Shown here: in pieces, positions 36,182 through 44,360 of the stretch | Numbering within the stretch: the stretch's first letter is position 1 | Layout: the number at the start of each line of letters is the position of its first letter | Virus record (IMG/VR): IMGVR_UViG_3300012232_000014 | Coordinates: 1 to 56,447 of that record | DNA: 56,447 nt | Strand: one strand, 5' to 3' | From: a virus | Taxonomy: Duplodnaviria; Caudoviricetes | The notes under the pieces: generated by a model | Seen by the model: only the letters and a program-made list of their open reading frames with translations | Database searches by the model: none | What the model was told of the DNA's origin: nothing | Translations under genes and position numbers: made by a program

Positions 36182-37204
36182 ATGGCGCGCATCATTCAGA
36201 TGACACCTGTGAACGTCAAGACCTACAACCCCGAACGTGACGGTGTGAGCTACTCGACGTTGGCCAAGTTCAAAAACTGTCGCGAGCTCGCACGACTGCA
36301 TCTCAAGGGCTGGCGTCCCAAGCGACTGAGCATGGGCCGCGTCTTCGGCACCATCATGCATTCGTTGCTCCAGAAGGTACTAGAAGATCTCCGGTCCGGC
36401 AAACTGACCAAACCGCCGTCGGCGGAATACGTGAAGAAACATATCGCGAAGGTGGAGCAGCAGTGGCGTGCGGATAATCCGAAAGTCGATCACGAGACCT
36501 TAGGGTGGTTGGAAGTCACCTGTACGATTGCCGAAGCGGTGATGCCGAGCTACTTCAAATTCTGGAGCAAGGACGTCAAACTGAACTGGAACAAACCGGA
36601 AGCCGAATTCAAGTATCCGTTCGTCGTCAAGCATCCGTTTACGAAAAAGAAGATGCGGACGTTCCTACGCGGCAAGATCGACGCCAGCTTCTTCGACACC
36701 AGCAAGACGCGACCGTGGTTATTCGAAAGTAAGTCGAAGTCCCGCATCGGTGAGAGTGGGGAGTCGAACCTCACCGATATTCTGCCGCACGAGATGCAAG
36801 TGGGCATCTATCTGCTCATCCTCCAGATCATCCACGGTGGAAAGGTACCGGCAGGACTGCTGTACAATATCATCCGACGACCCACGGTCAAACCAAAGAA
36901 GAACGAAGACCTCGGCACCTTCGCTCAGCGCATCATTCGAGACGTCCAGAAACGGCCAGAGTACTACTTCATCCGGATGCGCATGACCGTGGACAGTCAG
37001 GATATGTTCCGCCGTCAGCAGGAACTCGAAGACGTGGTGTCCGATTTCCTTCTATGGTGGAAAGGCGAAGCCGGTCATTACAAGAACAGCGAGTACTGCG
37101 AAAACAAATACGGTACTTGCGACATGCTGCCGATCTGTGGGCGTGGAGATTACAGCAAACATTATCGTAAACAGGAAATTCTTTCTGAGATGGAGGAAGT
37201 ATGA
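36182..37204 (+). CDS. PD-(D/E)xK Cas4/RecB-like exonuclease
   Basis: SYSTLAKFKNC, FGTIMH, LRGKID...FESKS, QVGIY and C-terminal C...C..C motifs. Confidence 0.85.
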   Translation: MARIIQMTPVNVKTYNPERDGVSYSTLAKFKNCRELARLHLKGWRPKRLSMGRVFGTIMHSLLQKVLEDLRSGKLTKPPSAEYVKKHIAKVEQQWRADNPKVDHETLGWLEVTCTIAEAVMPSYFKFWSKDVKLNWNKPEAEFKYPFVVKHPFTKKKMRTFLRGKIDASFFDTSKTRPWLFESKSKSRIGESGESNLTDILPHEMQVGIYLLILQIIHGGKVPAGLLYNIIRRPTVKPKKNEDLGTFAQRIIRDVQKRPEYYFIRMRMTVDSQDMFRRQQELEDVVSDFLLWWKGEAGHYKNSEYCENKYGTCDMLPICGRGDYSKHYRKQEILSEMEEV

Positions 37205-38034
37205 ACCTGATTCACGCACACGTTGTCGTGATCGGCGGAGGTTACGTCGGTCAACTCATTCAGCATGCCATTCCGTCCGCACGATTGCTCGACTGGCGGA
37301 AGACGGCTCCGGCCGATCATCTCGAGACGCGCATCGGTCCGCAATACTTGTGGGAGCCAATCCCCGGACTGAAGTCGTACTCGTTTCCGGTGATCACGTT
37401 GGTAGACGGCAAGCCTCCCACCCCGGAATCTATTCTGGCTTACAAAAAGAAAATCGGGAAGCAAGACGATGAAGGTGATTGGGGACTTCAGTTCCAGCAT
37501 GAGACCGTTGGATGGCATAGCCATCTCCCGGTTCCTCGTGTTGAATATGATCGCAGGGTCCGATCCATTGATCTGGCTGCCCACACGCTTACGATGAAGG
37601 ATGAGGACGACGCGATCATTCATTACGACCTGCTGCTCAATACCATCCCTCTCGATTACTTCCTCCGACTCTGTGTGATTACGCCGCCAGTTCATTATCC
37701 ATGGCGGAATAATCCGATCTACATGACATCAGTGAATCCAGTCGATGCCACCGAAGGATACACTCTCAACTACATTTCCTCTCCAGAATTTGTTACCTAT
37801 CGTATCACGTTCACTCCCGGGAAAACCTTTTACGAAACACTGCTAGAACCGGCTGACCGAGACTTCGTGAAACTTGTGCCTGGCAAAATTCACCCGCATC
37901 CAGAGAGTGAAAAGATTCTGAAGGCCTTACGCATGTACGGCGTCCAGTGCTTCGGCCGCTATGCTACATGGCGTCCGGACGAGCTCGCCCACCAGACGTG
38001 GGAACACATCGTGGCATGGAGGGACTCGCTGTGA
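37201..38034 (+). CDS. FAD-dependent oxidoreductase (UDP-galactopyranose mutase / HemY-like fold)
   Basis: VVVIGGGYVG dinucleotide motif, GPQYLW, YDLLLNTIPL and C-terminal FGRYATW. Confidence 0.75.
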   Translation: MNLIHAHVVVIGGGYVGQLIQHAIPSARLLDWRKTAPADHLETRIGPQYLWEPIPGLKSYSFPVITLVDGKPPTPESILAYKKKIGKQDDEGDWGLQFQHETVGWHSHLPVPRVEYDRRVRSIDLAAHTLTMKDEDDAIIHYDLLLNTIPLDYFLRLCVITPPVHYPWRNNPIYMTSVNPVDATEGYTLNYISSPEFVTYRITFTPGKTFYETLLEPADRDFVKLVPGKIHPHPESEKILKALRMYGVQCFGRYATWRPDELAHQTWEHIVAWRDSL

Positions 38035-39071
38035 GTACGTACCCACCTGAACGACCGAATCTATTTGCGATGTACGAGGACCAGCGATTGTTCAATCAGC
38101 AAATCTGGACAAAGCCGTTGATCGCAAGAGACCTGACGGGACCGGAAGAGACCGCCTTCAGCGGACGGTTAAAAGATCTCTCGCTGGGAATCGTCGAAGA
38201 AGCGTTAGAGTTCCTCCGCACCTTCGAATGGAAAGTTCATCGCCGACGAAAGGGCAAACTTCAGAACGTCGCCCACTCGCACGAAGAACTCGTGGACATG
38301 TTCAAGTACTGGCTCTCACTGTGCGAGCTCTCCGAGTTTCCGATCGGGCAGTTGGAGGAGTTGTACTACGCAAAGAGTCGAGTGGTGCAGTATCGATACC
38401 AAGAGGAGTGGTTCAAGCAACTCGATGGACCGTGCGTGGCAGTCGATATCGATAACGTGCTAGCAGACTATACAGCCGGTCTAGCGGCATGGACGAAAGA
38501 GTGGGGGCAGCAGGTCTTGAAGCTGACCACGGTCGAGTCAACTCGACTCATATTGCGATTGGATGAACTACGAAGCCAGCGAGTGTTCTTCAACGCTGAG
38601 TCCACAGGACTCACGTTCGTGCAATGGAATGAACTTAAGCACGCATTTCGTTCCTCAGGTGGAAAACGAACGTTGCCACTCTGCCCGGATGCACGACCAT
38701 TTCTCGAATGGTGCTTCAGAAGCAACCTGACAATCTTACTGGTGACCAGTCGGCCGATCGATCAGTATCCGAACATCTTCACCGACACGATGACGTGGTT
38801 GTACACCAACAATCTGCCGTTCGATCATCTTTGGTGGGCGTCTGACAAGGCCGTACGGCTAGAAGAGATGCCGCGTCTGGCTCAGATCGTGTTTGCAGTA
38901 GATGACGATCTCCGATTCATTCATCAGTATCGTGCGAAAGGAGTGAAAGCCTACTGGCTGAATCCGCAAGCCTCGACCGATCAAATCGCCAACGAGGATT
39001 GCGTCCGTTCGTTGATGGACATCGTTCACAAAGAAGGAGAAGGTGATGGCCTACGAAGACGCGAAGCATAG
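38031..39071 (+). CDS. Fusion of dimeric dUTPase/MazG-like pyrophosphatase and HAD 5'-deoxyribonucleotidase
   Basis: IVEEALE...WKVH...EELVDMFKY...YYAKS; then VAVDIDNVLAD, VTSRP and AVDDD. Confidence 0.85.
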   Translation: MSTYPPERPNLFAMYEDQRLFNQQIWTKPLIARDLTGPEETAFSGRLKDLSLGIVEEALEFLRTFEWKVHRRRKGKLQNVAHSHEELVDMFKYWLSLCELSEFPIGQLEELYYAKSRVVQYRYQEEWFKQLDGPCVAVDIDNVLADYTAGLAAWTKEWGQQVLKLTTVESTRLILRLDELRSQRVFFNAESTGLTFVQWNELKHAFRSSGGKRTLPLCPDARPFLEWCFRSNLTILLVTSRPIDQYPNIFTDTMTWLYTNNLPFDHLWWASDKAVRLEEMPRLAQIVFAVDDDLRFIHQYRAKGVKAYWLNPQASTDQIANEDCVRSLMDIVHKEGEGDGLRRREA

Positions 39072-40404
39072 ACCGCATGCCGTGCACACCGGGGAGGATC
39101 CCCGCAATCCGATCACCTACGGACCCGAGAGTCTGAAGGTGACTCTCGATCGCTGGGGACCGGTGGACAATCTATTCACCTCCATGTACGACGCCTTGCA
39201 AGCAAACTGGGGTGACGCTCCGAGCCGGACGGTGAACCGAACAACGTATGGAGAATCTCCGAGGGGATGGAATCCGCCAGATGATCGCGTACCGTCGTCC
39301 GGTGGACGACAATTGTCAGATGATTATACCCGCACCGGGTGGCACGTTCTGTCAAATGACGAACGCGACTATATCGAATCCTGCTTCGCAGGCCGAACGT
39401 TGCAGCAGGTGCTCGAAGGCGTGACGTTCGATTTCTGTATCGATGGCGTCGCCCGAGCGTTCACCCACCAGAACGTGCGCACACGGCTCGGAGCCGGATT
39501 CATGCAACACGGTGGCCGGGACAACGACTGGCGCCACCGGGCGTGGACGATGCCGGAGACGATACGGCGAATGTGCGCCTACCATCACGCTGCTGATTTT
39601 GGGCCAGCGTCAGCCGTGCCGTGGATTGCAGGATCTGAAGACCTGAGGCACTGTATCACGGACTGGAATCCGATTGGTGAGTATCTGTCAACTCTGGAAG
39701 ATGTGAAACCGTCCGAAGGAGATTTTGACGAACCGGGGATGTCGATCCACGCCGCGATTTCAGAGCATCTCGAAAATACCCGACGGCTGTACGCGGCTCT
39801 GGTCGATGCCGGCATTCCTTGGCAGGACGCGCGACGCGTGTTGCCGATTGGGATGCAGACCTATATCCATGACCAGTACAATTATCTGGCCTTGGCTGGT
39901 GTGCTGGCCAATCGATTGGAGCACATCATGGATTGGGAATTCAACTGTGTCGCCCAGTTGATGCTGCGAGAGATCAAGATGAAGTGCCCGCCCCTCCTCT
40001 CAAAGTATCTCGGCAGCCACAGTGACCGTGCGAAGCAAGCGAAGTTTGCCGGTCTCGAGAGTTGGCCACCAGACGGAAAGTATCCGAGTCCCTATGACGA
40101 TTGCGAGCTCTGTGGTCATGCACGGTCTATGCATGTTGATCTTAAAACCGCAGCAAAGATCAGCGAGCGTTATCATCTCGAGACTCCACTCTATCCAGGA
40201 GAGATGGTCTGCTCAGAATGTGAACGAGAAGGAAACAAGGCTCGCACATCTCCGTTGCATAAACTCATTCCCAAAGATCGTCTTCCTCGGCAGCACCGAC
40301 CGGAGCAGATGCCGTTCTTCGTGTTGCATCCTGACAGCATGGCGGGCGGACCGATCGTTTGGATCGCAACCAACGGCACCTATCCGCACGATCAGGTGCG
40401 CTAA
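39046..40404 (+). CDS. Divergent flavin-dependent thymidylate synthase (ThyX-like)
   Basis: FDFCIDGVARAFTHQNVRTR...QHGGRD, LVDAGIPWQDARRVLP and RL...WE; 452 aa with extensions. Confidence 0.85.
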   Translation: MAYEDAKHRPHAVHTGEDPRNPITYGPESLKVTLDRWGPVDNLFTSMYDALQANWGDAPSRTVNRTTYGESPRGWNPPDDRVPSSGGRQLSDDYTRTGWHVLSNDERDYIESCFAGRTLQQVLEGVTFDFCIDGVARAFTHQNVRTRLGAGFMQHGGRDNDWRHRAWTMPETIRRMCAYHHAADFGPASAVPWIAGSEDLRHCITDWNPIGEYLSTLEDVKPSEGDFDEPGMSIHAAISEHLENTRRLYAALVDAGIPWQDARRVLPIGMQTYIHDQYNYLALAGVLANRLEHIMDWEFNCVAQLMLREIKMKCPPLLSKYLGSHSDRAKQAKFAGLESWPPDGKYPSPYDDCELCGHARSMHVDLKTAAKISERYHLETPLYPGEMVCSECEREGNKARTSPLHKLIPKDRLPRQHRPEQMPFFVLHPDSMAGGPIVWIATNGTYPHDQVR

Positions 40405-40536
40405 TGCCATGGGACGAAGACGATGATCGGTTCATCGACTATCTGGCCGAACATGAATCCGGGTTCATGGGCGGTATCCCGATTCGAATTGTCAGCTTCG
40501 AAGACGCCCTTCGAGAACTTGTAAATGAGGTGAATG

Positions 40537-41412
40537 ATGGCCGTGGTGAAACGGGAACCGCACAAGAAGAGCAAAAAGAACAAACACGACGAGGACGACG
40601 ACGAACCGCGCGAAAAATTTCAGCTGGCCACCGAGCTCACGGAGCCAAGCGACCATCTCGAGGACTACATCATCCTGCTCACCGGCGAAAAAAAGATCGG
40701 TAAGACCACGTTGGCCGGAGAGTTCGACTCCGACAAGTCCTACTTCCTCGCGACCGAAGTAGGCTACCGAGGCTTGCGAATTCGTAAGTCAGATATCCCG
40801 GATTGGCGCACCGCGAAGCAAGCAGCGAAGGCGTTACAGAAGGCCGGGAAGAAGTACGGACCGATCATCGTGGACACCGTGGACAAACTCTACACACTCT
40901 GCGAAGCGTACATCTGCGAGAAGCTGGCGATCTCGCATCTGTCGGATGAAGAGTGGGGCAAGGGCTATGCGGAATGCCGAAAGGAGTTTGATCGCTACAT
41001 CACCCTGCTCTCGCAAATCGGCGTGGGGCTCATTCTCATTTCACACACCGAGGAACGGGAAGTCAAACGTCGCGGTGGCGGCACCTACGATCGTATCGTA
41101 CCGACGATGTCCAAGCAGGCTCGGCAAGTCATCGAGCCACTCGTGGACATCTGGACCTACTACATGTACGACGGCGATCGTCGGCAGCTGGTGATCCAAG
41201 GAGACGACCACATCGCCGCTGGTCATCGACTCGTGGACCGGTTCCGCAGTCCGGCAGGGAAACCGATCCGCGCTATTGACATGGGCCGTTCTGCCAAGCG
41301 TGCCTACAGGAATCTCATCTCGGCCTTCAACAATGAATACGAACCGCCGGATGAAGAACAGGCAGAGGAGGAGCCGAAGAAATCGAAGTCATTTAAAATC
41401 CGTCGGGCATGA
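40537..41412 (+). CDS. Sak4-like AAA ATPase (ssDNA-annealing recombinase)
   Basis: LTGEKKIGKTT, IIVDTVD, WGKGY and LILISH motifs. Confidence 0.85.
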   Translation: MAVVKREPHKKSKKNKHDEDDDEPREKFQLATELTEPSDHLEDYIILLTGEKKIGKTTLAGEFDSDKSYFLATEVGYRGLRIRKSDIPDWRTAKQAAKALQKAGKKYGPIIVDTVDKLYTLCEAYICEKLAISHLSDEEWGKGYAECRKEFDRYITLLSQIGVGLILISHTEEREVKRRGGGTYDRIVPTMSKQARQVIEPLVDIWTYYMYDGDRRQLVIQGDDHIAAGHRLVDRFRSPAGKPIRAIDMGRSAKRAYRNLISAFNNEYEPPDEEQAEEEPKKSKSFKIRRA

Positions 41413-41465
41413 GCTACGGCATTCTGTCGAAGCTACGTGACGAGGACAACCCAGGAGAGGCACCA

Positions 41466-42410
41466 GTGGCGAAAGCAAAAGCAGATCTCGACAAGCGTCT
41501 GGCACGTGCATTCAAGAAGTGGGACTCCGTCAAGGAGGACGTTAAGAGTGGAGGCTTCGAGGAGTTCGATGACGGCCGCTATCGTGCGCGACTGATCAAG
41601 AGCGAGATCGGCGTCTCCGGCAACGACCGCCTGCAAGTACTGATGCACTGGAAGTTCTTGACTGGCGAGTACAAAGGCAAGGTCAAGATCGCTTATCAAG
41701 GCATCGAGACCGAGGAGAACCTGACCTACTTCGGCCGTGACCTTCAGCGGTTCGGTTACGAGACCGATGACATCGAAGGTCCGGATGACATCAAGGGCAT
41801 TCTGAAAGAACTCAACAAGGAAAAACCCAAGGCCAAGATCTCGTTGAAGACCAAGGGCGATTTCCAGAACGTCAACATCCTCGCGGTGGACGGGCAGGAC
41901 GATGACGAAGCTGCCGACGACGAGGACGGCGACGAAGAAGAAGAGAAGCCGAAGAAGAAGAAATCCAAGAAGTCGGATGATGACGAATCCGAGGAAGAGG
42001 AATCCGAGGAAGAGGAATCTGAAGACGAAGAAGAGGAAGAAGAGAAGCCGAAGAAAAAGTCGAAGAAGAAAGCGGCCGACGAGAAAGAGGAAGAAGAGGA
42101 AGAGGAAGAAGAAGAGGAGGACGATAAGCCGAAGAAGAAAAATAAGAAGTCCTCCGATGACGACGAAGAAGAGGAAGAGGAATCTGAAGAAGAGGACGAA
42201 GACGGCGAAGATGTCGAAGTCGCCGTCGGGTCCAAGATCACGTACAAGTTCAAGGGAAAGAAGTACGAAGGCGTGGTGTTGGACATCTTCGCGAAGAGCA
42301 ACGAAGTGCGTGTCGAGACGGATGAGAAGAAACGCAAGATCTCCTTCGACAACGTGCTGGACGTCGAGGTTCCCGAGAAGCCGAAGAAGAAACTGAAGAA
42401 AAAGAAGTAA
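41466..42410 (+). CDS. DUF669-like SSB with a long charge-block linker and a C-terminal SH3/Tudor-like domain
   Basis: FEEFDDGRYRARLIKSE...GEYKG...FQNVNI; E/D and K blocks; VGSKITYKFKGKKYEGVV. GTG start after GGAG; alternative ATG at 41409. Confidence 0.8.
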   Translation: MAKAKADLDKRLARAFKKWDSVKEDVKSGGFEEFDDGRYRARLIKSEIGVSGNDRLQVLMHWKFLTGEYKGKVKIAYQGIETEENLTYFGRDLQRFGYETDDIEGPDDIKGILKELNKEKPKAKISLKTKGDFQNVNILAVDGQDDDEAADDEDGDEEEEKPKKKKSKKSDDDESEEEESEEEESEDEEEEEEKPKKKSKKKAADEKEEEEEEEEEEEDDKPKKKNKKSSDDDEEEEEESEEEDEDGEDVEVAVGSKITYKFKGKKYEGVVLDIFAKSNEVRVETDEKKRKISFDNVLDVEVPEKPKKKLKKKK

Positions 42411-42460
42411 CCAGCTTGGCGGCAGGCTCTGGATAATGAACGCCAGCGGCCACCGCTAGG

Positions 42461-42515
42461 AACCAGCCGACACCATCCGGCTTACCAATGCCCGTAACGT
42501 GTCGGCTGGTTTTTT
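42461..42515 (+). terminator. Intrinsic terminator
   Basis: 13-bp stem AACCAGCCGACAC/GTGTCGGCTGGTT followed by a T-tract. Confidence 0.8.
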
Positions 42516-42531
42516 ATTTCTGGAGATGATC

Positions 42532-43092
42532 ATGCGAGCGTATGAACAGATTGCGATCAAGACCTTTGACGTCGCCCAGCGCGTTCAGGATAATGCGTGG
42601 ACGCGTGCGTTCGACGAGCACGGTCAAGCAGATCTGATGAAATGGAAACGTGATGACGTCAGCGCGGTGCATATTTATTTGCACCCCGATTATATGCCGG
42701 TGCCGATTGGTTCCAGCTTCCGTGTCCGGCTCGCGTTCAACTACGACCTGATCCCCGGCAAGGAACTAGAGTTAATTCAGCTGCTGGAAGGTCAGACGGT
42801 TCAACTCATGCTCGGAGAGCCAGGTGAGGGTCTGTCCCATCTGGGATATCACATTCCTGATAGCATGTGGCTGCTGACCGAACTCGATTGGTGGAATGTA
42901 CAGGGATTCGCCTGCACGCAGATTTCGGTGACCACCGAACATACCGGTACGAATCGCCGGTATCTGTACGCCTTCGTCGATACCCGGCAACAGATCGGAG
43001 CCTACACCAAGATCATTTCACGCATGACCGGATCTCGAGATCTGAGCTCGTTGGTCGAGGAGTACAGTCATGTTAACACTACCCGACGGTAA
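42532..43092 (+). CDS. VOC (glyoxalase / methylmalonyl-CoA epimerase-like) protein
   Basis: YEQIAI, ELELIQLLEG, GLSHLGYHI and YAFVDTRQQIG motifs. Confidence 0.7.
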   Translation: MRAYEQIAIKTFDVAQRVQDNAWTRAFDEHGQADLMKWKRDDVSAVHIYLHPDYMPVPIGSSFRVRLAFNYDLIPGKELELIQLLEGQTVQLMLGEPGEGLSHLGYHIPDSMWLLTELDWWNVQGFACTQISVTTEHTGTNRRYLYAFVDTRQQIGAYTKIISRMTGSRDLSSLVEEYSHVNTTRR

Positions 43093-43492
43093 TTCGTTCG
43101 TAGATCTCCGGCTTCGACTTCTGCGTCTGGCCGGATATCCGGATCCCGGTGAGCGGTACGTCGAACACGGCAAACGAAACGCACGCATCCATTGGGAATT
43201 CAAACTCATTCTGAGCGTGCTGGAAGAAGTCGCGGCACGAAAGGTGGATGGCTACGGTCCCTTTCGCTATGATGAGATCGAAAACAACTGGCGATGGGAG
43301 ATCCAATCGTTGTACCAGGATATCGAACGAAAATTTGGTCGGTTGAAAACCATGGTACGGCCAGACCCGATTGAGCAAGAGGACGCGGATAGCTTGCTCG
43401 AGATCCTCTCAGACCTGGCCGTATACAGTGCACGTGCTATTCAGATCATCGTACGGTTGGAAGATAGAATGAAGGAGAAGGTGAAGGTATGA
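43070..43492 (+). CDS. Nmad1/DUF1599-like all-alpha nucleotide-modification-associated protein
   Basis: ARKVDGYG...DIERKFGRLK...LSDLAVYS pattern. Confidence 0.6.
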   Translation: MLTLPDGNSFVDLRLRLLRLAGYPDPGERYVEHGKRNARIHWEFKLILSVLEEVAARKVDGYGPFRYDEIENNWRWEIQSLYQDIERKFGRLKTMVRPDPIEQEDADSLLEILSDLAVYSARAIQIIVRLEDRMKEKVKV

Positions 43493-44226
43493 ATATATTC
43501 ATTACCGGTGCAGATAGTGGACTCGGACGGAAGCTAACGCAAGTTTTTCGGTTGGGTGGCGGTCACACTGTGATCGGGACCACGCACGAGAATAAATTAT
43601 CTCATGACCCTGAGCTCATGTACTTTGAAGCGGACTGTGGGCAGGAGGGAATTGATCGCGTACGAGACTCTGTCGTGCGGCAGTTTGGGGAACCACCGGA
43701 GGAAGGGATCGACGTGCTGATCAACAACGCCGGCACCAACGCCATCTGTCCCTTCGAAGCGTTGACGCACGAATTCATTCGCCACATCATGTACGTAAAC
43801 TTCCTATCGCCAGTTATGCTGACGCAAGCGTTACTGCCATGGTTCAAGAAACCCGGCATCGTGGTGAACATCATCTCGGATGCCGCGTGGCGACCGATGC
43901 GGCACTCACTCGCGTACAATTGCAGCAAGGCTGCATTCGATATGGCGACACGGCAGATGGCGCGAGAGCTCACCAAGCCTCAGAACATCTCCATCATCGG
44001 CGTGCGGCCGGGGAAGATGGCACATACCGGTATGTCTGACTATATCAATAAACGCGTCCAGGAAGTGCGTGGGTGGTCCCCGCAAGAGGCAATGGATTAC
44101 TTCCGAGCCAACAGCGTCTCCGGTCTGGAACTCCAACCGATCGATGTGGCGATGTTCGTGCACCATATCGTGACCAGCGGTATGGCGCGGCAGTTGTCCG
44201 GTTCGTGCATCGACCTGGTTGGTTGA
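43489..44226 (+). CDS. Classical short-chain dehydrogenase/reductase
   Basis: ITGADSGLG, INNAG, catalytic YNCSK and PG motif. Confidence 0.92.
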   Translation: MNIFITGADSGLGRKLTQVFRLGGGHTVIGTTHENKLSHDPELMYFEADCGQEGIDRVRDSVVRQFGEPPEEGIDVLINNAGTNAICPFEALTHEFIRHIMYVNFLSPVMLTQALLPWFKKPGIVVNIISDAAWRPMRHSLAYNCSKAAFDMATRQMARELTKPQNISIIGVRPGKMAHTGMSDYINKRVQEVRGWSPQEAMDYFRANSVSGLELQPIDVAMFVHHIVTSGMARQLSGSCIDLVG

Positions 44227-44360
44227 TGAAAGCTTTTCTCGATCCCACAAACTATCCTCCGTTGTGTAACTGTGGTCGTGATGGAAAAGGAATTCTCGAT
44301 TATGTTTATTCGTACTTCTGGAGATGTCGAGTATGTAATCGGTGGTGGAGGCTTTGGTAA
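44226..44360 (+). CDS. 44-aa zinc ribbon
   Basis: CNCG...CRVC; TGATG coupling. Confidence 0.5.
   Translation: MKAFLDPTNYPPLCNCGRDGKGILDYVYSYFWRCRVCNRWWRLW

Noticed and set aside
36182-37204. Cas4-like nuclease as part of a CRISPR system
   Set aside because: Its context (Sak4-like ATPase, SSB) indicates the ordinary phage recombination exonuclease.
40404-40703. ORF MPWDEDDDRF... after the ThyX-like gene
   Set aside because: It is TAATG-coupled and may be real, but over half of it overlaps the Sak4-like gene; support is too weak to list.
41756-42396. Poly-Ser minus-strand ORF and Arg/Lys-rich alternative-frame ORF
   Set aside because: By-products of the GAA/GAG/AAG low-complexity tract in the SSB gene.
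37201-44226. Assignment to known systems (Z-genome, 7-deazaguanine, 5hmU hypermodification, glucosyl-hmC)
   Set aside because: None of their signature enzymes is recognisable in the window.
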